Position numbers and translations under genes: made by a program. Below the pieces are notes generated by a model. That model saw only the letters and a program-made list of their open reading frames with translations. It made no database searches and was not told where the DNA came from. Positions 27,888 to 37,589 of a DNA stretch of 39,810 nt are shown here, one piece after another. This DNA comes from Lentisphaeria bacterium (GTDB lineage Bacteria > Verrucomicrobiota > Lentisphaeria > Oligosphaerales > Oligosphaeraceae): positions 1 to 39,810 of the forward strand of contig JAEEYQ010000036.1 of NCBI GenBank assembly GCA_016288215.1. Reading direction: 5' to 3'. Position 1 is the first letter of the stretch; each line of letters opens with the position of its first letter.

Positions 27888-28823
27888 TTATTCCTCAAAA
27901 TCATCCTTATTTATTTGCCATGTCTTGATGCCAGTAGCAATTATCGTAATGACTTGGATTATTGTCCAAATAATTATGGCAACACTCATTACCTCACTAC
28001 CTTCGTTTTCAGTATTTCCAACAATAATGAATAATATAATTGAAATTAAAAGCCAAATTACACCATATAGTATCTTTCCAACATATATCAAGCCTGCACC
28101 TGGGAAAATAAAAGCAAGAAGCAAAGCTTCAAACATACTCTTCTTTTTCTTAAATGCAGTAAAAGTTTGTTTTGGACCTTCATCTGCAATTGAGAGTCTT
28201 ATATTATCCTCTTGTGGTAGGGAAGAAATATCTAATCGAGAGAGTGGATTAACACCTAAAACAGAATAGAAATTTTTGATATCTGTCTCAGATACTCCAG
28301 CCTCTTTTGCCTTTGCCAATTCCTCATTCCATTTAGGTGAAATTTTCAAGAATTTTCTTTCAAAATAATCCAGTTTAACATAAGCCTTAGCAAAATAATA
28401 GATGCCACGTGGTTCAATCATAATTGCAGAGTCAAGATATTTCATTGTTTTATCAATGGTAGCTCGATCTAGTAAACTTGCCTTTTTTCCATTTAGCAAG
28501 CAAATAGCAGAATAGAAAAACAATTCTGAATTATCAAAGTTTGATTCAATTGCTTTTTCAAATGCCTCTAAGGCTTTTTCATGCAGTTTTAACTTCAAAT
28601 AGCACATTCCAATGGAAGCATTAATATCTGCATTTTCTGGGTTTTCAGCCAAAGCCTTCTTATAGGCATTAGCATATTTGTTCAATTCCGCCATTGGCAT
28701 ATCACTGACACTATTGAAGGTCGTAACAACAATAGGTCTTTGACAAAACTCACAAACCTTTTGTGATGTATCCGTAGGCGCACCACAACTAGGACACATT
28801 AAATTGACTACTTCTGTTGACAT
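27888..28823 (-). CDS. Zinc-ribbon + TPR-repeat + C-terminal TM2-like two-helix membrane domain protein
   Basis: AAGGAG RBS. N-terminal CPSCG…CEFCQ zinc ribbon. TPR-like helices (AYKKALAENPENADINASIGMCYLKLKLHEKALEAFEKAIE…). C-terminal FPGAGLIYVGKILYGVIWLLIS + IIWTIIQVITIIATGI, resembling TM2/DUF-type GxGxxYxG…GxIW helices. Confidence 0.8.
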   Translation of the reverse strand: MSTEVVNLMCPSCGAPTDTSQKVCEFCQRPIVVTTFNSVSDMPMAELNKYANAYKKALAENPENADINASIGMCYLKLKLHEKALEAFEKAIESNFDNSELFFYSAICLLNGKKASLLDRATIDKTMKYLDSAIMIEPRGIYYFAKAYVKLDYFERKFLKISPKWNEELAKAKEAGVSETDIKNFYSVLGVNPLSRLDISSLPQEDNIRLSIADEGPKQTFTAFKKKKSMFEALLLAFIFPGAGLIYVGKILYGVIWLLISIILFIIVGNTENEGSEVMSVAIIIWTIIQVITIIATGIKTWQINKDDFEE

Positions 28824-28841
28824 TTTTTCTCCTTCTTGTTG

Positions 28842-29600
28842 TTATTTCTTGCACTCTGCAATAACTTCTTGGAGTCTTCCATCAATCATGGATAGTTCTT
28901 CAAGCAAATTGTCCCTATTTCCACTCATCATCTTGTCATAAAAGTCTTGCACTTTTTGAGAAACTACCCGATATTTCTCAGATTGTGAAATATTCCCTAC
29001 TCTTGGAAGAGAATACTTAATCTTTTCTTTACAGGCCTTGATTCTTTTAACAATATCCTTATTCAATGATGGCTGCTTCTCACATATTTCTAAAAATACA
29101 TAAAGATCATCAGGTGTTCTAACATTTTGAGGCAACAATTCCATTCCATCATTTTGAAGTTTTTGTGCAGTCAATAGAAGAAAAATCTTTATAAGACACA
29201 CCACAACTACTACAATCTGACAACTAATCTCTAGAGAAAAATAGAAGCGTTCTGTTGGAAGCCATAAACTAATTAACCACAAGCAAAAAGATAGAATAGT
29301 TGCTTGACTAATTGCTCCAGCTATTCCAATATATCCTGCTCCTGTTTGTTGGCGTTTCTTCAAAAGTTGCGGAAGTACCCCATTAATAATTCCATAGAAT
29401 GCAAATATAACAATTAATTCTATCCAAATGAGTCTATACCAGAAATATTGACTTCTATGCCAGAACGATGATGCGTCTGCATCAATTCTAAACATTATCA
29501 TCCCTATTATGACAATTGCAATTGCTACAATTGGACATAGGATAATGCCAATTATCTTGTGTGCTCCTAAATTTTCTGCTCTACTATCTTGATTTAACAT
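28842..29600 (-). CDS. Polytopic membrane protein (about 4 TM helices) with ~100-aa C-terminal cytoplasmic helical domain
   Basis: AGGAG RBS. Four hydrophobic helices (IIGIILCPIVAIAIVIIGMIMF, LIWIELIVIFAFYGIINGVL, IGIAGAISQATILSFCLWLISLWL, ISCQIVVVVVCLIKIFLLLTA). Its start lies 11 bp after the SPFH gene stop. Confidence 0.75.
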   Translation of the reverse strand: MLNQDSRAENLGAHKIIGIILCPIVAIAIVIIGMIMFRIDADASSFWHRSQYFWYRLIWIELIVIFAFYGIINGVLPQLLKKRQQTGAGYIGIAGAISQATILSFCLWLISLWLPTERFYFSLEISCQIVVVVVCLIKIFLLLTAQKLQNDGMELLPQNVRTPDDLYVFLEICEKQPSLNKDIVKRIKACKEKIKYSLPRVGNISQSEKYRVVSQKVQDFYDKMMSGNRDNLLEELSMIDGRLQEVIAECKK

Positions 29601-29611
29601 GTATGTTTCTC

Positions 29612-30628
29612 CTACATCTGGTCAATAATAGCAGCCTTTTTAACCTTATATTCCTCCTCTGTCAAAATTCCCTCTTCAAAAAGCATTTTCAGTTTTTTTA
29701 GTTTAGCCAGTACATCCTGTTCTCCCATTTGTCCATTGTTCTGGGAAACAGATTGTGCCGTTTGAGAAGCTAAAGGGATACCAGCATTAACTGCTAAACC
29801 CAGACCTGCTCCTAGCCCCATCATATTACCAACTGCTCCATTGTTATTTGCTGCATCTTTCATGACTTCAAATCCTTTGGCGGCCATATATCCTTGACCA
29901 ACTTGCACAGAACTCAATTGTTGCATTTCCATCTTCTTTGCCATCACATCCTGAATCTTCTTCATTTCCTCAGGTGAGATGCTAATGCTGCTACAAGAAA
30001 AGTTTACCAACTCAATCCCAAATCGATTAAATTCATCTACAACATTATCTCTAACAGTTTGAGAAATATCAGCTAGTTTTGAGCTCAATTGAAAAACAGA
30101 CAATCCATTGCTAATCATATTACTGACAGTTTGATTAAATTTTTCAATAATCTCACCGATAAAATACTCGTATATTTTTTTACTATCTGCTCCTAGTTGT
30201 GCCCCCACAACCTGCGTAACAAAACTTCTTGAATCATCAATTCTAAATCCCCACTGACCAAATGCTCCTACATTAATCGGAAAACCTAATGCAGGATCAA
30301 AAAGAGGAATACGCTGTGGTGTCCCCCATTTCATATTTCTTTTGACTGTTTTATTGACATACCAAACCTCAGCAGTAAATGGGGTTTTCCCACCAAAAAA
30401 TGAGTTTACCAATTTCCCAAGTAAAGGAAGATTTCCAGTTACTAGCGTATGCGTACCTGCTGTAAATGTGTCTAATGCAACCCCACCCTTAACGAATATT
30501 GCTTCTTGCCCTTCATTTACAACAAGTTGACTACCTAAGCGAAGTTCATATTGATTTTCTGACATAAACTTATGTACAATAAAATCATCTGAAGGAACAT
30601 CCCATTTTACCAAATCTAATACCGCCAT
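29612..30628 (-). CDS. SPFH/Band-7 protein of the Band_7_1 (COG4260, YdjI-like 'virion core protein') family with C-terminal SHOCT domain
   Basis: AAGGAGAAAAACC RBS. N-terminal region is colinear with B. subtilis YdjI (MAVLDLVKWDVPSDDFIVHKF…GSQLVVNEGQEAIFVKGG…). Gly-rich linker. C-terminal DVLAKLKKLKMLFEEGILTEEEYKVKKAAIIDQM is a textbook SHOCT. Confidence 0.85.
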   Translation of the reverse strand: MAVLDLVKWDVPSDDFIVHKFMSENQYELRLGSQLVVNEGQEAIFVKGGVALDTFTAGTHTLVTGNLPLLGKLVNSFFGGKTPFTAEVWYVNKTVKRNMKWGTPQRIPLFDPALGFPINVGAFGQWGFRIDDSRSFVTQVVGAQLGADSKKIYEYFIGEIIEKFNQTVSNMISNGLSVFQLSSKLADISQTVRDNVVDEFNRFGIELVNFSCSSISISPEEMKKIQDVMAKKMEMQQLSSVQVGQGYMAAKGFEVMKDAANNNGAVGNMMGLGAGLGLAVNAGIPLASQTAQSVSQNNGQMGEQDVLAKLKKLKMLFEEGILTEEEYKVKKAAIIDQM

Positions 30629-30687
30629 GGTTTTTCTCCTTGTTTTGAAGGCCTGTGTTTTTCACACAAAAAAGAGCGCCTCTCTTC

Positions 30688-30805
30688 GTGATTTCCTGAG
30701 GTTTAGGACGACCTACGTAATAGCACGAAAAGAGACGCTCAACGCGGAGTGCTCCAGCGTGTGCTATTACGTGAAATTCTAAAGGTCCTAATTTCAGGAA
30801 ATCAC
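30688..30805. repeat. 118-nt three-segment nested inverted repeat (12 + 7 + 11 bp helices), a long imperfect hairpin at the island border
   Basis: gtgatttcctga (30688-30699) pairs with tcaggaaatcac (30794-30805). ttaggac (30703-30709) pairs with gtcctaa (30785-30791). cgtaatagcac (30716-30726) pairs with gtgctattacg (30761-30771). The central loop is 34 nt. Confidence 0.6.
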
Positions 30806-31016
30806 AAAGCACTACTCCAGCGATAAGTACCGCTGGCTATGTCAAAAGAGAGATAACGCTTTTTCTATGTTTTGAAGACTCCTTGATTAAATGACATCCT
30901 GTAGCCGAATGCTACAAAAACAATTATAATTTATCGCTCTAACCTTGATTTACAAGTTTGTTCAAAAAAATATCTTCACATGCTACTCAAAAAGGTTGAC
31001 AATGGCCACTGCCAAA

Positions 31017-32243
31017 TCAGATGTCGGCGGCCGGAATGCAGACAACATTTTTGTTCGGTAGCGGGACAGGGGTATCGCAGGCGCACAGGACCGCTCCCTT
31101 CAGGACCGGCTTGCCGAGTTTCCCAAGGACCTTGAAATGGCTTGCGTCATCAGACTTTGGCGTGGCCGTTTTCTTGCATTCAACGGGGTGGAAGCCCTCC
31201 GCCGTGTCGATGACAAGGCCAATCTCCCGCTGGTCGCGATCCCTGTAGTAGAACAGGTTATCGATTTTCATACCCGCATTCCAATATGTCTTGATGATTT
31301 CGGAGATGCACCATGTCTCGAAAATGGCCCCTGCCATCGCGCCCGCCTCCAGTGTCTCTGGCGTTGGCCAATGCGTGAGGTAGGAGCAGAGCCCCGTGTC
31401 CAAAAAATACAGTTTCGGCGTCTTGACCAGTCGGGCAGTCAGACTGCTGGCGTAGGGGGGCAGAAGATGGATGAGATGCGACTCCTTGAGAATGGCAAGC
31501 CAGTTTTGGACCGTCGTCACATCAACACTCGCGTCGCGCGACAGTTCGCTGGCGTTGACCATCTGTCCCGTTCTCGCCGCACAGGAGCAAATGAACTTGT
31601 AGAAGCGGTCAAGGTCATGCACGTTCTTGAGATTCCGTATATCGCGCTCCAAATAGGTGCTTACATAGCTGGAATAGAACAAGTTACGCTCCTCGGGCGT
31701 GGCGTTCAGGACCTCTGGATATGTCCCCTGCCATATGCTGCGGAACAGCTCCATGACGCCTGGCCTTTTTCCTTCGGCGAGAGGGACTTCCGGCGTGAAT
31801 GGAAGGTTGCCGCGCCCCGCGAGCTCGGCCTGCGAGATGCCCCCCATGTCGAAAATGCCAATACGGCCCGCAAGAGAGTCGGACACGCCTTTCATCAGCT
31901 CAAACTGCTGCGAACCGGTCAGCCAAAACATCCCCTTGGCATTGTCTGGATCGCTAAAGCGCCGCTCGTCAATGACCATCTTGATGTAGCTCAGAAGGCT
32001 CGGAACATATTGGACTTCATCAAGCAGGACCGGAGGGCTGAAGCGGTCCAGAAAGCCCTTGGGGTCCTCCTTGGCCAGCAGCCGCAGATCCACATCATCG
32101 AACGTGACGTATTTTCTGTCCGTTCCCGCAAGTTTCCGCAGCAAAGTCGTTTTCCCCACCTGACGCGCTCCTGTCAGCAACAAGGCAGGGAAGAAGCGGT
32201 TAGCCGCCTCGACGGCCTTTTGGATCTGCCTTTCAATGAACAT
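31017..32243 (-). CDS. AAA+ superfamily ATPase with C-terminal DUF4143 (COG1373-type)
   Basis: Walker A LLLTGARQVGKTTLL, Walker B-like VLLDEVQ, and a DUF4143-like C-terminal half. The antisense 429-aa ORF (31137-32426, plus strand) is rejected as a shadow. Confidence 0.85.
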   Translation of the reverse strand: MFIERQIQKAVEAANRFFPALLLTGARQVGKTTLLRKLAGTDRKYVTFDDVDLRLLAKEDPKGFLDRFSPPVLLDEVQYVPSLLSYIKMVIDERRFSDPDNAKGMFWLTGSQQFELMKGVSDSLAGRIGIFDMGGISQAELAGRGNLPFTPEVPLAEGKRPGVMELFRSIWQGTYPEVLNATPEERNLFYSSYVSTYLERDIRNLKNVHDLDRFYKFICSCAARTGQMVNASELSRDASVDVTTVQNWLAILKESHLIHLLPPYASSLTARLVKTPKLYFLDTGLCSYLTHWPTPETLEAGAMAGAIFETWCISEIIKTYWNAGMKIDNLFYYRDRDQREIGLVIDTAEGFHPVECKKTATPKSDDASHFKVLGKLGKPVLKGAVLCACDTPVPLPNKNVVCIPAADI

Positions 32244-32500
32244 GATGTTCCTTTGATGTTGGATTTTTCGGAAAATTTTGTTTTAAAACCTAAATTAGCC
32301 GCTAAATTCCGTTTTTCCAATTGGAACGCAAGATTTTTCCGTTATGTTTTGGGAAACCGTTATCCCTCACCGATGCCAATTGCTTTTGTCATAGACTTGT
32401 CATTGGCCGTGGGAACAATATATTAATAGATTTGTTGCATGTCCGTTTGGGAAGTGAATGGCGGGCATGAGTGAAAACGTATCAACGGAGCTTGAACACA

Positions 32501-33502
<1,002 letters not shown>

Positions 33503-33700
33503 CCAATTCGCAATTCGTGATTTATCGACATATTGCAACAAGAACGATGCCGCTTATCGATAAAAATGGCCTCAAAGAGGCGGAGTATCCGTAACCTCTT
33601 CAAGGCGGAATCGCTTTGCGGCTATCGTCCATATATGTTTTTTGGCTGCATATATTATATATAGTGGTATATAGAGAAGGGCATGCCCCGGAAGGAAACC

Positions 33701-34771
33701 ATGATGACACGACAACGTTTGGCGATGATGGTGGGCCTCCTCTTGATGCCTTTTTGGGCGTTGGGCGCCAGCGGAGATTCGGTCAGCGGCCTGAAAAACG
33801 CAGGCAAGTTGTTTGAAATCAAGCCCATGGTGGAGCCGGAATGGGTCAACCGTCCGGACAATCCGCTGTTCACGCTGGCGTGGATGAGCGACTATCACAT
33901 TGTGGATGAAAACAGCAAGAACCAAGTGGCCAAAGCCTGCAGCGTGGCCAAGTTCAGCATCCGCCCCGCCTTCACCCTGATCACGGGGGACAATTGCGGC
34001 ATGCCTTTCACGGATACGGCGACAGCCACCGCCGGCGAGTTGCGTCAAAAGTGGTTTAAAGCATTTTTGGACAATGTGTTAGGAGAATATGCCGTCATTC
34101 CCGGAGACAACTGGTATCCAGGCTTCGACAAGGTGTTCGGCCCCACTCATTACAGCTTCAACTACGGCGGTTTCCATTTCCAGTTCGCCGCCACGGACAT
34201 CAGAGGCGAGCAGGACCCCTGCTCCGTCTTCTCACCCGAAAGCAAAACATGGATGGAGCAGGATCTGGCCGACAACACGAACCGGCCCTGCATCTTCGTC
34301 ATCCATGAAACCGTATGGCCTGCCTCCTTTTTGGATGCGCCGTATCTGGCCGAGCTGTTCAACGCCAACCCCCAGGTCATCTGCGTCTTCAGCGGCCATC
34401 TCCATCTGGATCTGCAGTTCCAGCGGGGCACCTGGACCCAATTCATCGCTCCGTCCGTGGGCAGCAGCCATCGCCCGGGCTTCAAGAGCCTGAAATTCTA
34501 TGCGGACAGCATTATACTGGAGAGCTATGAACAGGATCCCACCTCGAAGGAATTTCAGCAAGTTTCTAAATGGCAAAGGGTTATGATTCCTGAAAAGTAT
34601 CAGTCAGCCCTGAGTCGGCCAGAGACCGAAGGTGTCCCGAAGGACATCTCCAGCCTGCCGGCGGCCCCAAAGAAGGTTGACCTCACTTTGGACCAACGCC
34701 AACCCGAAATCTCGCGGCATGTGTTGGATTGCGTCATGACCTTGGGCTTCAAGACCATGCTGAATCCCTGA
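33701..34771 (+). CDS. Secreted calcineurin-like metallophosphoesterase
   Basis: AAGGAA RBS before the ATGATG at 33701. Signal peptide MMTRQRLAMMVGLLLMPFWALGA. Phosphoesterase motifs SDYHI, GDN, GDNWY, HE, GHLH. Confidence 0.8.
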   Translation: MMTRQRLAMMVGLLLMPFWALGASGDSVSGLKNAGKLFEIKPMVEPEWVNRPDNPLFTLAWMSDYHIVDENSKNQVAKACSVAKFSIRPAFTLITGDNCGMPFTDTATATAGELRQKWFKAFLDNVLGEYAVIPGDNWYPGFDKVFGPTHYSFNYGGFHFQFAATDIRGEQDPCSVFSPESKTWMEQDLADNTNRPCIFVIHETVWPASFLDAPYLAELFNANPQVICVFSGHLHLDLQFQRGTWTQFIAPSVGSSHRPGFKSLKFYADSIILESYEQDPTSKEFQQVSKWQRVMIPEKYQSALSRPETEGVPKDISSLPAAPKKVDLTLDQRQPEISRHVLDCVMTLGFKTMLNP

Positions 34772-34861
34772 CGACAGCGCCGAATGAGACAACGCAATGG
34801 CCTCCTCCTGTCCTTCTGAATCCTACTCAAAAACCGATTTCCAACCAACAAAGGAAAGACC

Positions 34862-36196
34862 ATGACGGACTGCACAAGACGGAGTTTTCTCAAGGGTGGA
34901 TTGACGACGGCCGCTCTGGCCGGCTTTGCCCCGGAGGTGCTGGCGACCCGTTGGTTCGGCGGCAAGGTGAAATTCGTCGACCCCGGCCGAAAGGTGAACA
35001 TCGCGGCCGTGGGCTGCTGCGGCAAAGGATGGTCGGACATCGACGGCGTCAGCGGCGAGAACATCATCGCCCTCTGCGACGTGGACCGCGGCAACCTGCT
35101 CAACCGCGCGAAGGATTTTCCCCAAGCCCGTCTGTATGAGGACTATAGGAAGATGTTCGAGGACTTGGGGGAGGAAATCGATGCCGTGACCATCTCCACG
35201 CCCGACCATATGCATTTTCCCATCGCCATGTTGGCCATGCAGATGGGAAAGCACGTCTATGTGCAGAAGCCCTGCGCCCACACCGTCTGGGAGGCGGTGG
35301 AGATGGGCCGCGCCGCCAAGCGCTACGGCGTGGCCTCCCAGATGGGCAACCAGGGCCATGCCAGCAACGACACCCGCCGCGCCTACGCCTGGCTGCGGGA
35401 GGGCGCCATCGGCGACGTCACGGAGGTCCATGTCTACTCCGACCGCCCCATCTGGCCGCAGCGCACCCCGTGGGGCGGCCCCGCGCCCGTGCCCCCCAAC
35501 CTGAACTGGAACCTATGGTGCGGAACGGGACCCCTGCGCAACTACCCCAACAACATCAACGTGCATTTCAACTGGCGCGGCTGGTGGGACTACGGCTGCG
35601 GCGCCATCGGCGACATGGCATGCCATATCATGGACGTCGCCTTCTGGGCCTTGGACTTGCGCTCGCCCATTTGGGTTGAGGCCGAATCCGACGCCCCCAA
35701 TTCCGACACCACGCCAAAATGGTCGCGGGTCACCTATTATTTCGGACCGCGGGGCTCCCTGCCGCCACTTACGCTTAAGTGGTTTGACGGCAAGCATTTC
35801 GATATTCCGCGTCCACCCCTGCTGGAAGAGGGACGCTCCATCTTCGAGGGCAATGGCCAGGTCTTCTACGGCACCAACGGCTGCATGATGGCCGGCTGCT
35901 ACGGCGGTAGCCCGCGCATCTTCCCCGAAACCCGCATGAAGGAGGTGGGCCGACCGAAGAACCCCCTGCCTCCCGTCAAGGGCGGCCACTACGGCGAATG
36001 GCTCAACGCATGCCGCGGCGAGGCCCATTCCTCCGGCGACTTGGGGGACTATGGGGCGGACTTGACCAAACTCGCCCTTCTCGGCAATTTGGCCATTCGC
36101 TCCGGTCGTCGCATCTATTGGGACGAGGAGAATCTGTGCTGCAAGAACGATCCGGAGGCCACCTCCTTCATCCGTCATCCCTATCGGAGATTCTAG
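34862..36196 (+). CDS. Tat-exported Gfo/Idh/MocA-family oxidoreductase
   Basis: AAGGAAAG RBS. Twin-arginine signal MTDCTRRSFLKGGLTTAALAGFA. Rossmann motif NIAAVGCCGKGWSD and a conserved VYVQKP region. Confidence 0.9.
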   Translation: MTDCTRRSFLKGGLTTAALAGFAPEVLATRWFGGKVKFVDPGRKVNIAAVGCCGKGWSDIDGVSGENIIALCDVDRGNLLNRAKDFPQARLYEDYRKMFEDLGEEIDAVTISTPDHMHFPIAMLAMQMGKHVYVQKPCAHTVWEAVEMGRAAKRYGVASQMGNQGHASNDTRRAYAWLREGAIGDVTEVHVYSDRPIWPQRTPWGGPAPVPPNLNWNLWCGTGPLRNYPNNINVHFNWRGWWDYGCGAIGDMACHIMDVAFWALDLRSPIWVEAESDAPNSDTTPKWSRVTYYFGPRGSLPPLTLKWFDGKHFDIPRPPLLEEGRSIFEGNGQVFYGTNGCMMAGCYGGSPRIFPETRMKEVGRPKNPLPPVKGGHYGEWLNACRGEAHSSGDLGDYGADLTKLALLGNLAIRSGRRIYWDEENLCCKNDPEATSFIRHPYRRF

Positions 36197-36290
36197 CCGA
36201 CGGGGACGGTTGTCTGCATGGCCCCCTTGGGGGAAAAGGCTCTTCTAAAGTCATAACATCTTTATATACAATATGTTAGGAGTATTTACC

Positions 36291-37589
36291 ATGATGAGAA
36301 GGTGGTTGGCAATCGGAGTGGTTCTGCTGATGGCGGGAAATGCGGTCCTGGCGGACATGCTCTGCCTCAACACAGCGTCCTTCCCCTCAACGGTGGAGGA
36401 TGCCCTGGCCATGGCGAAGACTCTGGAGCTGGACAAACTCTGCCTGTCCTATCGCATGCAGTTCACGGATGCGGACGGCGAATCCGTGCCCATAACACCC
36501 GCCATGGGGGCTGAACGGATGGCCCGCCTGATGGACATGCTGTCTGAGGCGGGCGTTCAGCCAGTTGTCTACGAGCCCGCTCCCGCCGCGACGTTGCAGG
36601 AGTGGTTTGCCATGGCGATGTTTGCGAAACGCCTGAAATGCGCCTATGTGATCATGGAGGCCAAGCCGGAGAATTGGCGTCGGAATTGGAGGGAAGTCCT
36701 TCGCATCAGCAAACTTACACTGTTGGAGAGAGGAACGGAGCCGACGGCGGAATGCGGCAGCTGGGAGAAGCGGGCACTGCTCTATGCCAGTGGATATGCC
36801 TTTGCCCCAAGCACTTCCGACGGAAAGGCCTTGACGATGATGGACGTGGAGTCGCCTCGTGCGCCAGACGTCAACGAGGCAGCCCGCATGCAGCAGGTTA
36901 TGGCGTTGGCGAAGCGGGCGGGATGGAATGGCCTTATCCGCGTCACGCCGGCGGAGCAGGATGTCTTCGGCACCCTGAAGCGGCAAGTGCTGATGCTGCG
37001 GGCCTGTCTGGCGGCGCCGCTGGAGCAGCTGGCCAGGGGAACCGTGTCTCTGTCCATGCAGGTGGAGGCCATTGAGGACACCTTCTGCCTCTTCAACCCC
37101 ACGGCGGACGCGGTGGCCCGGTTCTATTCCCCTGAACGGCTGGCTCTTCCCGCCTACATAAACGTGATGACCGAATGCGGAGGGCAGCATCAGGCCTCCG
37201 ATGCGGGCTTTGAGGACACGGAGTCGCCGGAGATGGCGTTCGACCACAATGTCCGCACCAAATACGGCACGCCCCATCGGCGGCCGTGGCTTCAGTTCCA
37301 ATTCCCCAATGGCCAAACCCCTGCGGTGGACGCCTATGCGTTGGTCAGCGGCAACGACTGCGAATGGCGAGACCCTGTCGCATGGCGGCTCTTGGCCTCT
37401 ATGGACGGCATCTCCTGGGTCACGGTGGACGAACAGAAGGATGTCGCATGGGCCAACCGTCAGGAACTGAAGGTGTTCAAACTTCGTAACACATTGAAAT
37501 ACAACGTGTTACGACTTGAAATCCAAGCGGTCGCCGGCGACAAGGAGGAGTTCCAGCTCTCTGAATTCCTTCTGTATCGCAAAAAGTGA
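36291..37589 (+). CDS. Secreted xylose-isomerase-like TIM-barrel (sugar phosphate isomerase/epimerase fold) protein with C-terminal F5/8 type C (discoidin) domain
   Basis: GGAG RBS 8 nt before the ATGATG at 36291. Signal peptide MMRRWLAIGVVLLMAGNAVLA. N-terminal LCLNTASFP…VEDALAMAKTLELDKLCLSY fits the XI-like TIM-barrel start (tentative). C-terminal …WLQFQF…VDAYALVSGN…WRLLASMDGISWVTVDEQ… fits the discoidin pattern. Confidence 0.7.
   Translation: MMRRWLAIGVVLLMAGNAVLADMLCLNTASFPSTVEDALAMAKTLELDKLCLSYRMQFTDADGESVPITPAMGAERMARLMDMLSEAGVQPVVYEPAPAATLQEWFAMAMFAKRLKCAYVIMEAKPENWRRNWREVLRISKLTLLERGTEPTAECGSWEKRALLYASGYAFAPSTSDGKALTMMDVESPRAPDVNEAARMQQVMALAKRAGWNGLIRVTPAEQDVFGTLKRQVLMLRACLAAPLEQLARGTVSLSMQVEAIEDTFCLFNPTADAVARFYSPERLALPAYINVMTECGGQHQASDAGFEDTESPEMAFDHNVRTKYGTPHRRPWLQFQFPNGQTPAVDAYALVSGNDCEWRDPVAWRLLASMDGISWVTVDEQKDVAWANRQELKVFKLRNTLKYNVLRLEIQAVAGDKEEFQLSEFLLYRKK

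Larger units (their letters stand above)
24430..31016. other. Low-GC (~30% against ~60% background) horizontally acquired genomic island. Seven minus-strand genes, no integrase or transposase
   Basis: Base composition drops abruptly after the cca stop and recovers at the DUF4143 ATPase gene. Codon usage of the enclosed genes is AT-rich. Structured elements sit at both borders. Confidence 0.7.

Noticed and set aside
26253-30771. 10-bp identical string GTGTGCTATT at 26253 and 30762 as candidate island direct repeats (att sites)
   Set aside because: A 10-mer match between two ~400-bp regions is expected by chance at a non-negligible rate. It brackets only part of the low-GC segment, not its compositional boundaries.
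30688-30805. Possibility that the nested inverted repeat is an integron attC site
   Set aside because: No R''/R' core (RYYYAAC … GTTRRRY) at the arm ends. No intI gene and no array of cassettes.
30585-30812. 75-aa minus-strand ORF covering the border hairpin and overlapping the SPFH gene start
   Set aside because: It overlaps the strong SD and ATG of the SPFH gene and sits across the palindromic structure. It is most likely a non-coding leader.
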